NCBI GenBank assembly: GCA_051294375.1
Contig: CM119264.1
Coordinates: 23,506,858-23,570,857 of the forward strand
DNA: 64,000 bases
Direction of reading: 5' to 3'
From: Paraspadella gotoi
Lineage: Eukaryota; Animalia; Chaetognatha
Position 1 is the stretch's first letter. Each line of letters opens with the position of its first letter. The position numbers and the translations under genes were made by a program. Positions 1 through 13,210 of the stretch are shown here, piece by piece. The notes under the pieces were generated by a model. It was not told the DNA's origin, did no database searches, and was given only the letters and a program-made list of their open reading frames with translations.

Positions 1-560
1 AAGACAGAGAGCGAGAGAATACGCGCTCCGGAAAAAAAAAATTACGAGAGAGAGAGAGAGTCAGTTTCGGCAAAATTTCGGAGGAGGAGGAGACGGAGGA
101 GGAAGAGAGGGAGGAGGAGGAGGAGAAGGAGGAGGAGGATAACAAGGGCGAAGATATATAAGAAAAAGTCGCCGAAAGAGTGAAAACCGTGATGAGGAGG
201 AGTGACCCTATAATAAAGATAGCGGAGAGGAAGAGCATACAAAAAGATGAGGAAACCAGCGCCGATGCTCCGCGCGACCGGATGGGAAGATTTTGGTTGG
301 ACAAGAAAAGAGAGAGAGAGAGAGAGACGAAGAGAGAGAGAGCAGAGAGAGAGAGACGAGCAGAGAGAGGAGAAGAAGAGAGAGAGAGAGAGAGACTTTG
401 ATAGGAAGAGCGTAAAAAAAAAAAAAAGAAGAAATGATTCGATAATGGATAATATAGATAGGAGGAGAAGAGAGGAGGCAGGAGGAGGAGGTGATGAGCG
501 AGGAAGCGTAAATCAAGGCTAAAATAAAGAAAGGAAGAGGAGGGAGAATCAAAGGGGGCG
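1..560. repeat. Purine-rich low-complexity / (GA)n, (GGA)n microsatellite region
   Basis: Runs of AG and GGA repeats. The ORFs here are only RE/LS dipeptide translations of the repeats. Confidence 0.85.
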
Positions 561-2013
561 GTGGGGCGTTTGAACGGAAATGAGAAAATCATGGTGCAGT
601 GAAAGAAGAAAAATAATCAGGACGTGACCTCTGAAAGATCTGCTACTATAAAAGAGTAGAAAAAGAAGGAATTTAGTGAAATAAAATTTACGTTTTGTGA
701 ATTTCTTAATGTTCCGTTTTCCATTTTAACAAAACTCGATCTTTGTTTATTTCAAAGTCTTCTGTACCGGATTCTGATAAAAAAAAAAATTTTCAGTTTT
801 GTTTTTTCAAGGTTAAAAAGTCTTTCCTTCAAGTGGTCATTATCAAAGTAGTTGCATTGATAAGGAGACGAAGGAGAATGAGGAGGAGGTGGAAGAGGAA
901 GAGGAGTGGGAGGAGGAGGAGAAAGAGAATAAGATTATTGTAAAATAGTGGGGAGGGGGAATCTCCTAATGAATTTAAGTCCAGGTAGGAAAAAGAAAAA
1001 AATTAAAAGGAAGATAGTAGGGAAAGAATTAAGAGGTTTAAGAAATAGACAAAAAAAAATAAAAAAAGAAAGTGAGACAAGAGATGGAAGCAAAAATAAA
1101 AAAGGAAGAGAATTGGAATCGGGAGGAGGAAGAGGAAAGGATGAGAAGAGTAAGACGCAGGGAAAAATAAACGTTGGCACAAATAGAGTTGGATGCCAGG
1201 GGAAAATAGGGATTTCGAGCGTCGAAGAAATTGAAATCCGTTTAACGGAAATACTAATGCAGAAGAATTTTTATTGTGGCTGGAAACTTGGCTTTTTTTT
1301 TTTAATCCGCGATTGGGCGGAGTTGTTGTTGTTGTTGTTGTTGTTGTTGTTATTGTTGTTATTGTTAAAGAGATTGAGATTCTTTTCAAAAGATGTAAAT
1401 TTGAGCGAGACTCTCGCCGAGTGCAGATTGTAAAGGAAAAAAAAGTGGAAAATTGCATTTTGTATTTGTAATTTGAATTAAATTGAAATTTGTTTATTGA
1501 GCAACTGTACTATAAAAAAAATGAATTACAATGCAATATGGTAAAGAAATAAAACGAAACTGCGATTATAAAGAAGTAATGAATACATTTTAAAACTTTC
1601 TAAAATAACGTTCCTCGCATATCAAACTATTAATCTTTAATCTTTATCATCGCAAACTAAAGTCGATCAACGATGATTTCAAACTGACGCTTCACCTCAG
1701 CGATGAAGCATTTACATTTTATTTGGACCTAAAACATCTTATAACGCATCTTTTAAACACAACACAATAGAAATAGGTATTAAATATTAATTTGAACCGA
1801 GCTAAAAATTGTTTAATTATAAAAGAGACAATTTGTAGAACAATAAAACTTCTGTTTTCAAGAAGTAAGAAAAACAACCTTTTTTTTCGAAGTTCGAAAT
1901 CTGAAGGTTTTATTGTGTTCGAGATTCAAATTTAAAAATACTTTTCATTCATACGTCGGTGGGAACAATGGTCGACGAAAAGAATAACCGTATATCTCTT
2001 GGGAAGGAAGATG

Positions 2014-5000
2014 NNNNNNNNNNNNNNNNNNNNNNNNNNNNNNNNNNNNNNNNNNNNNNNNNNNNNNNNNNNNNNNNNNNNNNNNNNNNNNNNNNNNNNN
2101 NNNNNNNNNNNNNNNNNNNNNNNNNNNNNNNNNNNNNNNNNNNNNNNNNNNNNNNNNNNNNNNNNNNNNNNNNNNNNNNNNNNNNNNNNNNNNNNNNNNN
2201 NNNNNNNNNNNNNNNNNNNNNNNNNNNNNNNNNNNNNNNNNNNNNNNNNNNNNNNNNNNNNNNNNNNNNNNNNNNNNNNNNNNNNNNNNNNNNNNNNNNN
2301 NNNNNNNNNNNNNNNNNNNNNNNNNNNNNNNNNNNNNNNNNNNNNNNNNNNNNNNNNNNNNNNNNNNNNNNNNNNNNNNNNNNNNNNNNNNNNNNNNNNN
2401 NNNNNNNNNNNNNNNNNNNNNNNNNNNNNNNNNNNNNNNNNNNNNNNNNNNNNNNNNNNNNNNNNNNNNNNNNNNNNNNNNNNNNNNNNNNNNNNNNNNN
2501 NNNNNNNNNNNNNNNTCGTCGTCATCGTCGTCGCCAGCGTCGTCGTCATTCGGGCTAATGCGACGACTGAAAGGGTGAAATTCCGTTTCCTGAATAAAAC
2601 AAGAANNNNNNNNNNNNNNNNNNNNNNNNNNNNNNNNNNNNNNNNNNNNNNNNNNNNNNNNNNNNNNNNNNNNNNNNNNNNNNNNNNNNNNNNNNNNNNN
2701 NNNNNNNNNNNNNNNNNNNNNNNNNNNNNNNNNNNNNNNNNNNNNNNNNNNNNNNNNNNNNNNNNNNNNNNNNNNNAGAGAGAGAGAGAGAGAGAGTAAA
2801 CGTCATAAAAACAGATTCTACTATTTCTGACCGCGTTGGGAATCGAGGTCAACGAGAACGACAGCGAAAACTCTCTCAGTGTAACGAACGAGATCGAGAA
2901 GCTTCGGTTATATACGAAAATGTCAGCGTTTTTGTTGTCGATTTACATAAAAGTAAAAATAAAAGAATCGATTCGGGTCTCGGAGAGTTGATAGATAGTG
3001 TATGACATATGTATTACATACTTGTAACATTTGTTAGTTTTGAACGAAAATAAAACTTTTCGTCTTCCAGGAAATGATGGCGACGATAACGACGACAAAA
3101 AAGACGACGATAACGACGACGACAGCGACGACTACAAAGACGACGACGTTGATGGCAACGACGAAAACAAGTCTTTTTTTTTTATCATTTTTTAATCGCT
3201 AATGAATTTGACAACAAAAAGAAAAAAAGAAGGTGTTGGATCCTTAGTTCCGAACTCATAGACAAGTGAACATCGATGGCGTAAAACTCGATCGATCAAC
3301 AAATACTTGAGAATCGTCAATCACAAACTGAGTGAAAGAGTCGGGTGATTTGTCAATCACCAACTCTTAGGTGATTCTTCTAATACCATGTCAAAAAAAA
3401 GCGTAATAATTGATTCTGTAAGTTTTGACTAACGTTTGAATACGTTTGATTTCGTTCATTGTCTCATCAAATCATTAAATTCTTTTTAACTATCTTTATT
3501 CAGGATATTGTGTAAATTATCACAAATCACATTTTCCCTAAAATCTTTGTGAAGTGAGACTTCGTCTGTGAGTCTCGAGTCTGATGAAAATGATGACGAG
3601 AAAGAAAATATCGAATAACTGAAAATGACACGTAAACTGACACGTAAACTGACGAGTAAACAAGATCACGTAAACGTGAAGATCTCGTCAGCCATGAGAT
3701 CACGTGACCCCAGAGATGACGGGAAAAACCGCAGCTGAAAATCGCAATTGTCGTCGTCGTCGTCGTCGTCGTCGTAAAAGTCGCGTTTGATGTTTGATCT
3801 TCGTTGAAGAGAAGATAATAAATTGACGAGGATCAAGAATCGCTGCCGCAGCGGCTGACGCGGCCGTTACTGCCGCGGCTGTAGAGACTTTGAAACGAAC
3901 CCGGTAAACAATAACAATAATGGATTAAAAATGATTAAAGATAGACGATGCTTCCTGGGAATTCGAGCTATGCCCTCGGCGGGGAGAGTTCGGGTAAAGG
4001 GTGAACCGCGCGGGGGGGATTTCCCTCACCCTCTCCCATCTTAATTCGGGCTCGTCGGTGACACAAAATGGGACGAAACAGTCACCTGTAGAGTTCCTAC
4101 TTTTAATTAATGCAAAGCAGAAAGAACAAAGTCAGGCAAACAGTCTTCCTAACTTTTCACAGAGAGAGAGAGAGAGAGAAGAGAGGCGAGAGAGAGAGAG
4201 AGAGAGAGAAGAAGAGAGAGAAGAAAGAGAGAGAGAGAGAGAGAGGGAGGAGAGGAGAGAGAGAGAGCGTGTGTTATCGAGTCTTCTAATAATAGGTTGA
4301 GATAATGATACTCTCCAAGTCTCGTAAATAAGACCCGAGAATGAATTCGAAACGAAAAAGGAATTTTAATTGAAACGACAAAGGGTTTTCTCTTTCTCTT
4401 TTATTCTTTAAAACTTCATTTCTTTTACTCTTTGACGGAGACTGTGGATATTTTTTATCGAGCCTGCCGGCGAAGCCGGTCAGGGCTCGATTTTGTTTCG
4501 GGTCAGCTTCTTTGTGACGTCGTCGTCGTCGTTAGCGTTGTAACAATTTCCAATTGTTAACAATTGTAACATTTGTTTGCCTTTCTTTTATTTCTTTAAA
4601 TTATATATATATTTTTTCTTCCTCTTTTTATCAGACGCTGCCTTTTCTGAACCGTTTAAAAATGAGTTCAGGCTTTGCAGTGACTGTACAGCTGCCTTCC
4701 AGCGGCTGTCCAGCTTTCTCTTTCTCTCTCTGTCTCTCTCTGTCTCTCTCTGTCTCTCTCTGTCTCTCTCTGTCTCTCTCTCTCTCTCTGTACAATCTCT
4801 TGCGTGATCGTTCATTTTTTGAAAAATTTTGATTATTTGTTTCCTTCTAAAAACTTTTATTATTGCCATTTATTCCGCGCTTTTTTCTCAATACAAAATC
4901 CCAAATTTATATCCGGGATTTTCGTGGATTTATTCTCTTTCTTTCTCTCTCTCTTTCTTTCTCTCTTTCTCTCTTTCTTTCTTTCTCTCTCTTTCTCTCT

Positions 5001-8000
5001 CTCTTTCACTCATACACGGATTTGTTTGTTTTATTTACGATGAATGATTCATCGCGTTAATGAATGACTATCATCGCATCAATGAATAACTATCATCGTA
5101 TCAATGAATGATTATCATCAATCACATCAATGAATGACTATCATCGCATCAATCATTTGGTTATCATCACATCAATCATTTGGTTATCATCACATTAATT
5201 ATTAGTTATCATCGCATCAATATTTGGTTATCATCGCATCAATATTTGGTTATCATCGCGTGAATAATTGGTTATCATCGCATCGATAATCAATTCCTAT
5301 TACATCAATAAATTACTATTACATCAATAATTTGTTATCGCATCAATCATTCGTTTTTTTCCCGGATTTTTTCATTTATTTTCTTTGATAGCTAGCAGGC
5401 TCGATCAATACTACTTTTAAGATTTTTTTTAATTTGTCAAGGAGCGAATCTTATTTATTTTTACGAAGAAATTACCCGTTCTTTTTTTCTTTGTCTTGAG
5501 TCTGAATATTATTTCGTTTTTTCTTTCAGGTATATCAGTCAAATGTTCCACATTTACATATTAAAATAGCGACAATTCCATTTATAAATCAATGGCTCAT
5601 AGCATAAGGTCTTGTGGGCGGGTTTTGAGTCTTATTGATATGGAATTGGGAAAGCCGTTGGAGACACGACTGAGTCAAATATGCTCCCGCTGTTTGAGGC
5701 GGNNNNNNNNNNNNNNNNNNNNNNNNNNNNNNNNNNNNNNNNNNNNNNNNNNNNNNNNNNNNNNNNNNNNNNNNNNNNNNNNNNNNNNNNNNNNNNNNNN
5801 NNNNNNNNNNNNNNNNNNNNNNNNNNNNNNNNNNNNNNNNNNNNNNNNNNNNNNNNNNNNNNNNNNNNNNNNNNNNNNNNNNNNNNNNNNNNNNNNNNNN
5901 NNNNNNNNNNNNNGGTTCCATCATCGTCACTTATCTCTTCTTACCTTTTCTTTCCACTCGTAAAAGTTTTAAGAGCGTAATTGCTGCATTGTCATCGTCG
6001 TCGCGGACGTCGTCGTTGTAGTCGTCTTCATTATCGTCGTCGGTGGGGAAAAAGACAATAAAAGTCAAAAAGAGACGACCATCTCTCTCNNNNNNNNNNN
6101 NNNNNNNNNNNNNNNNNNNNNNNNNNNNNNNNNNNNNNNNNNNNNNNNNNNNNNNNNNNNNNNNNNNNNNNNNNNNNNNNNNNNNNNNNNNNNNNNNNNN
6201 NNNNNNNNNNNNNNNNNNNNNNNNNNNNNNNNNNNNNNNNNNNNNNNNNNNNNNNNNNNNNNNNNNNNNNNNNNNNNNNNNNNNNNNNNNNNNNNNNNNN
6301 NNNNNNNNNNNNNNNNNNNNNNNTTTCTATTGAGTTTAAATATCTGAGGAATTGCATATTTCTTTTCGTTTATTTTTTTGATTTGCAATTGAATTAGCTG
6401 ATATTTAAACAAATAACTGATTTAGCAAGACAATAAAAGTTATTATTACTGACAGAGTTATTCCCTCAATTGCTACATGTCTTATATATTAAATAATGAT
6501 AGCAAGTTTCCGAAGACAGGAAGAATGGTTATCTTATTTCTGCCCACACGAAGTTATGTTTTGTTATGACAACTAATTCCCCGGACATAGAACGGGGAAA
6601 AATAGTCGATTGTCTCTCTCTCTCTCTCTCTCTCTNNNNNNNNNNNNNNNNNNNNNNNNNNNNNNNNNNNNNNNNNNNNNNNNNNNNNNNNNNNNNNNNN
6701 NNNNNNNNNNNNNNNNNNNNNNNNNNNNNNNNNNNNNNNNNNNNNNNNNNNNNNNNNNNNNNNNNNNNNNNNNNNNNNNNNNNNNNNNNNNNNNNNNNNN
6801 NNNNNNNNNNNNNNNNNNNNNNNNNNNNNNNNNNNNNNNNNNNNNNNNNNNNNNNNNNNNNNNNNNNNNNNNNNNCTCTTAACCTTTCGCGTTAACCGGC
6901 GGATTTTTCGAGTTTCTTGTCTTTTTGTTTCAGCCGAGAATGTTAACAATTTTTTTAACGTGATTAGTAATAAATTTTATTTTCCAAGTTTTTGTCTTTT
7001 TATTTTTCCCAAAGAAAGCTTTTCTTTATTGTTTTGTAATCGGGCTGATATCCCCGGATTTTGAACAAGTCGTTTCATATTAACGAAATCGCAACAAGAA
7101 AAGGGAAAGACTCTTCAGTCGTCTTAAATAAAGCAGGAATAAATAAATATAAATAAGTCAAACTAAACCTGTTATGCTTTCGCTAACCAAACGCGTCTTA
7201 TGGCTATCGCAGTAATGTTTCAATTAATTAACTTATTAACAATTTTCCGAATAAGCATCCGCTGATCGAAATGAAAATAACGTTTAATGAAAGAGGAATG
7301 TCTTCGACATATAACATTAAAGAAAAATTAATGGCTTTTCTGAGACAGCAAACAAGTCGAGACATTGACGAAAGAGCGGACCGAGAAGGGACAATGCCGA
7401 GACATGGGTGAGACGTCTAAAAAAGCGGAGACAAGGACGAGACATGGCTTAGAATGCTCCCAAAGAAGGGACAAGGTCGAGACGAAGATCTCATGGACGA
7501 ATAGAAAGAGTGAGAAAGACGTTTGCATTTTGTTGGACCATCATGAGATTTGACCATTCTTTCCATCTCCGTGAACTTTGACCCTTTTNNNNNNNNNNNN
7601 NNNNNNNNNNNNNNNNNNNNNNNNNNNNNNNNNNNNNNNNNNNNNNNNNNNNNNNNNNNNNNNNNNNNNNNNNNNNNNNNNNNNNNNNNNNNNNNNNNNN
7701 NNNNNNNNNNNNNNNNNNNNNNNNNNNNNNNNNNNNNNNNNNNNNNNNNNNNNNNNNNNNNNNNNNNNNNNNNNNNNNNNNNNNNNNNNNNNNNNNNNNN
7801 NNNNNNNNNNNNNNNNNNNNNNNNNNNNNNNNNNNNNNNNNNNNNNNNNNNNNNNNNNNNNNNNNNNNNNNNNNNNNNNNNNNNNNNNNNNNNNNNNNNN
7901 NNNNNNNNNNNNNNNNNNNNNNNNNNNNNNNNNNNNNNNNNNNNNNNNNNNNNNNNNNNNNNNNNNNNNNNNNNNNNNNNNNNNNNNNNNNNNNNNNNNN

Positions 8001-8330
8001 NNNNNNNNNNNNNNNNNNNNNNNNNNNNNNNNNNNNNNNNNNNNNNNNNNNNNNNNNNNNNNNNNNNNNNNNNNNNNNNNNNNNNNNNNNNNNNNNNNNN
8101 NNNNNNNNNNNNNNNNNNNNNNNNNNNNNNNNNNNNNNNNNNNNNNNNNNNNNNNNNNNNNNNNNNNNNNNNNNNNNNNNNNNNNNNNNNNNNNNNNNNN
8201 NNNNNNNNNNNNNNNNNNNNNNNNNNNNNNNNNNNNNNNNNNNNNNNNNNNNNNNNNNNNNNNNNNNNNNNNNNNNNNNNNNNNNNNNNNNNNNNNNNNN
8301 NNNNNNNNNNNNNNNNNNNNNNNNNNNNNN
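2014..8330. other. Region broken by assembly gaps or masking (six N-runs); further 25-N gaps at ~10883-10907 and ~16780-16804
   Basis: N-runs, often flanked by (GA)n/(CT)n. The long X-containing ORFs are artefacts. Confidence 0.95.
4451..5419 (+). mobile_element. Non-autonomous Helentron-type element (HINE/DINE-1-like)
   Basis: T-run, then 5' subterminal repeat ATCGAGCCTGC (4457-4467) and a nearby partial inverted copy GGCTCGAT (4484-4491). Internal (CT/CTGT)n microsatellite and ~19-20 bp tandem repeats (TATCATCGCATCAAT.., ~5040-5350). 3' inverted subterminal repeat GCAGGCTCGAT (5395-5405), then a T-run. Confidence 0.7.
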
Positions 8331-11300
8331 TCAGGGCATCTAGTCTCTCTCTCTCTCTCTCTTCAATCTCTCTCTCTCTCTCTCTCTCTCTCCTTCTCTT
8401 CTCTCTCTCTCTCTCTCTCTCTCACTCTCTCACTCGATCTATCTGTGGCATTCTCTCTCTCTCTCTCTCCTCTCTCACTTCTCTCTTTTCATTCCTTTGT
8501 CTACACCACAGCGCCATTTCGATCTTTCGTCCGTTTTTCATGGTACCTCTCTATGCGCTGTAGAACTTCTGTCTCTCCCTCTCCCGACCACCGGTCCCTC
8601 CACCTTCCTCACCCCAATCCGGCATTCTAATACTTTCCTTTTTTTTCTTTTTTTTTTGGTAATCTTCGGAGGCAAAAAAAAAAGGAAAAAGGGACTCCTG
8701 CATCTCTATTTTTAGGGCGGCACGAAGCCAAAAATAAAGACGACAAAAAAAAGAGGGGAAAAAAACAGTAAAAACTAAAAGACTATCACTTAATGTTGTG
8801 TGATATCGGAATTTTTATCATTTCGCTGGTTTGTTGTCGTTGTGACGCATTTTCAGAAATCACTTGAAAATAGCTCCTGAGATAAATTAGTTTGAATTTG
8901 TTTTTAAAAATTATAGAAATTACTCAAATGTGACGTAATTACGGGCTCGCCTTAAAAAATTCATAACCGAAAGTTTCTCATCCCGAAAAGGCCTTTAAAT
9001 AAAAAGCAATAATTCGTTACCATCTTATTATCTCCCTAACCATCTAACAATGGATATCATCTTATTCCTAACCAATCTCTGGTTAAACCAACCATCGCTC
9101 TCTAACGTGGACTTTTAGTCCGCTTTTGTTATTATAAAAATAGAGGTTACAGTAATATTTGGAGGAAAAAGGGATAACATAGACACATTATGGGTGTTCT
9201 TGTTGTGCCCAGGGCGCGAGCGGCTTGGTGGAAACGCGGCCCAGCGGCCTCGGGAGTGAGAACCCCGAGGAAGGGGTTCGCCGGCGGAGAGGACGAGGGG
9301 GCGAGACGGGAGACAGATTTCGATAAACTACAAGACAGTAGAACAAGGAAGGAGAGAAGAAGACTAATGTGTGAATAAATTGGCGGGATGTGTCAATTCT
9401 ACGAGAATATATGACTGAATAGCTGAAGATAAAAAAACGATCGTATGAAGCCCATAGTCAACGATAGGAGTCATCGCGGTGGCGGAAGTCCCATAACAGA
9501 TCGGGACAGAGAAATAGAAGCTAGATCGAAAGGACAGTTATTTGGCGGAAGTATATTCAGCACTCGCCATCAATTCTGATGCAGAAACTACTCATGAATA
9601 TTGTACAATCAGGAAATATAAGTAGGGCAAACAGGACGCATGGAGCGTCTGGCCAATGTGAGTAATGCCTCGCGACCGGATGCGGGCATATCACTGTTTG
9701 GGTACTTATCGCGAGCAATGGCTTCCAGTCACTGGCCCGCGTTACCCGTACGAGAAGCGGTCTGCTTAATGAACCAAAAGATGCGCAGAAGGAAAAGATA
9801 CAATAATAGGACAGTGGACGCGAACACCATACGCCTAAGTGAAAGACTGATAGCGCTAATGTTCTCCGGCTCTGCAGCCAATGGAATTGGCCTGAACGAT
9901 GGGGTGGAGTAAAAGTTACAGAAATGAGGCAATTCCTAATCAGGGTCCACGAACCTATAAGAGAGATCAATAGTGAATAGGGTGATGTGAAATATTATAC
10001 CGCTCTATCCACAGTCAAATATAAAACTGCCGAAATGCTCTTGACCGGACACTTGGAATAAAAAACAAGGTAAACAATATGAGCGCTGGCCGGGCAAAAG
10101 AGGTAATGAAAATAACCAGGGAAACTTTTCTATTCGATTGTTAATGATCGTTACAATTCGTGACAAAGTGGTATAAATTTCTATAATGGATGAGTCTATT
10201 TTTTATAATTAAACCCCAACCAATACGATATCTCTCGAAGTTAGGTCCCCAAAATTTAAAGATAAAAGATCAATTATAATAATAAGATTAATTAATAATA
10301 AGGTATAATATAAATATCTGGATCCTCCCTCTAGTTTCCGTATTCAAATTCAGGGGATGAAGCGTCGGGTTGGGAGAATCGGAACTGCTCGAGTGCAAAA
10401 TCGACAAAGTGAAAGTTTGAGGATGAGAGGTGAAGGTTGTGAGACCGTGAGGATGTTGAGAAGTGGTCGATGGAGGCGGTTAGATTGAGAGAGAGGTGCA
10501 GAGACCGAATAGAGGTCGGAACCTCGCAGATTAGCGTAGACTGAAGAGAACGGCACGAGGCCGCATCTTTACCGCTATATATTCTATATGTTTGCCCAAC
10601 TAAATTTTTCATCAAAAATTACCCCAAGGAAAGTTTCTGAGTACCAAACAAACTAAGGTCAAGTTTACCGTAATGCGGTCTTCTACTACGCGAGAAAATC
10701 AATACAATAGCTGGCATTTCTCCGGAGCCAATTTTAATCTCCATTTACTGCACCACCGTTGGATCGCGGATAGTTACTTGAGTAATAATAAAACTTTGTC
10801 TTTTGTTAAACTTCAAGATCGTTTTCGAGAGATGTCGTAATCAATCTAAGGAAGAAAAAAACAAAAGACATAATATCAATAGNNNNNNNNNNNNNNNNNN
10901 NNNNNNNTAGAGAAATATGTTCTTGTCAAAGATGATTGATAGTTTTTCAGATTGTCATCTTAAAAAATGCTATAATGATTCATTGATGGTATTTCTTTTC
11001 TACTTTGCTTCAGGAAAATTCTTTATTTAGGAAAATGCTATATTTCGAAGACTTCGTTCTTCTCAAAGGCGTCAAAAAGAATATCAACATATTAAAAAAT
11101 TCATTCTCGAAGAAAACAGAAGAGAACAAAGAAAACCAACTATTTTTTATTTGCTTTTATTCTGTGTTTACCATTGTTTATTTTGTTCTTAATTTTCTTC
11201 CTATTGATTTTTTTAAATTTTCTTATTTCTTTTAGGCTTTGAGGTAGACAAGTCTTCAAAATATGCGTTTCTCAAATAAAAATAGAGTTATAAGTTCTAT

Positions 11301-12700
11301 TATAAATTGTACACAATATAAAAAATTATCCATTCATATAAATATGCGTATCGTGTCCCTGACTTTGAAGAGCTTTGGTGGTTTGAAGCCCCATTTCACA
11401 TTAACAAGATACAAACATGCCAGGATTCTGCAAGCTTTCTTTTTTATTCATCCAGTGAACCTGCTTCCCTATCAATGACATGTATTGATATTCATAAAGA
11501 TATTGTGTGCGACATTGTGATGGGAAAAGATTACCACTCCTTATGTATTAGCATGTTTTTTAAAATTCGGGAGCTGATTTATAATTTGTATAAGACCAGA
11601 TTATAAAATTACCATCATTTAGATTGTTTTAACTATCTTGTCCCTGATTGGAAGCTTTAGGAGTTATAAGTTCTTATTATTTTATTGCTGAAAAAATGAT
11701 CTCATCATAAATATTGATAAGAACTTAAGTTGAAATCATATTAATAAGTTTTATCATATTTATAACAATATACCGTACAGTTTCAAAGACATTGAAAAAT
11801 CTTTTGCAAACTTACGAACGTCTTTCCCACGAAATTGCCAGAAACTGAAGTATAATTTGACTATTAAACACAGCACAGGTACTCAGCCATCAAATGACTT
11901 GTTTCATCGACGTAAAACCATCGAAGCCAATGAGAGCCGCGATAAAAACTCATCGGGCCACCAGATTAGGCGCCCATAAAAAAAAAAGAGAAAAACTCTG
12001 CCTCATCAGAATTACGAGGGAAAATAAAACTCGGTCGAAGATATAAGTTGATTAGCGGCGACGGGAGGAAAGATTCGTAGTGGCTCATGGAGTGACGCTT
12101 CTTATTTACGACGCGACCTCTGACGTTTCGTATAAGTTCTGGCTAACAGCACTCTCCCCAGTTCACACGCTGTTTCTTTTTTGAATTTTTTATTACATTT
12201 ATATTACGAATTGTTTTTGTAGTACAAAAGAAAAAAAATTGTAAAAAAAATTTAAAATAATATGACTTGAACCCTCGTCATCGCTGTGATAGTCCATTTC
12301 TTGTTTTTTTTTTAAATTCTTTTCGTAGCCGGTATTCCAAATTCCACTCTCCCACCTCCCTTACTTTCCCTCCTCCCCACGGCGTCCCCACGCGCTCCCA
12401 CCTCCCAACCAGCCACGCTAAAGTGACCCAAGACGTCAAATGTTCCTTTCCTTCTTTATGACTCTGTCCCAACTTTACCAGACTTGCCTCCACTGTCCCT
12501 CCCCCTCAAAAAAAAAAAGCCTCAACGTCGTTCTTCATTTCCTCCTTTTTATTTTCTTGTTCTTCTTCCTGCTCTTCCTCTCCCTCTTCCTCCTCTACAA
12601 CCTCTTCCTCTTCCTCCTCGTCTTTCTCTTCTCCCTCCCTCGGACATTTTATCAAAATTCTTACGCGACCGACCGGTTTCATTTTAAACTTTTTTAATAA

Positions 12701-12703
<3 letters not shown>

Positions 12704-12787
<84 letters not shown>
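12704..12787. repeat. (TTA)n microsatellite
   Basis: Long perfect ATT run. Confidence 0.95.
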
Positions 12788-12788
<1 letters not shown>

Positions 12789-13172
12789 TTTCCTTGCATC
12801 AATTTTTTTTGTTTACATTAACATGTCCACTCTTGCTATTAAAATTTGTGTTCAATAATCAATATTTCGCTTCATTATTTTTCAAGAAATGGCAAACTTT
12901 CGCAAATCAAAAAAATCACGGACAAAAAATTGAAGGTAAGAAACCGATTCAATGATTATTTCAGTTTTTTTTTTTTTTTTTTTTTTGTCGATAGCTGGTT
13001 AAATTAATGTTGACATTTTTTGGTGGTAATAAAATATTCTCTTATTTAATAATCAGTAATGTTTCTTTGAAATATTCAAAATAAATAAAACTATTGATAA
13101 AATTCAGCTTAACTACGTTTCACTTTCAAAATTTCTACCTTTGATTCAAAAGTTGAGCTAAAGTCGGTAAGA

Positions 13173-13176
13173 ATGC

Positions 13177-13210
<34 letters not shown>

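Noticed and set aside
42-1471. Several 60-160 aa ORFs
   Set aside because: Translations of GA/GGA/TTG repeats with no recognisable domain.
3130-3150. DYKDDDV, resembling a FLAG tag
   Set aside because: Sits inside a degenerate (GAC)n repeat, is not DYKDDDDK, and has no vector context.
5040-5350. Possible CRISPR-like array
   Set aside because: Adjacent degenerate units with no unique spacers, in eukaryotic context; it is a minisatellite within a mobile element.
1932-8630. Long ORFs containing X
   Set aside because: They are open only because of N-runs.
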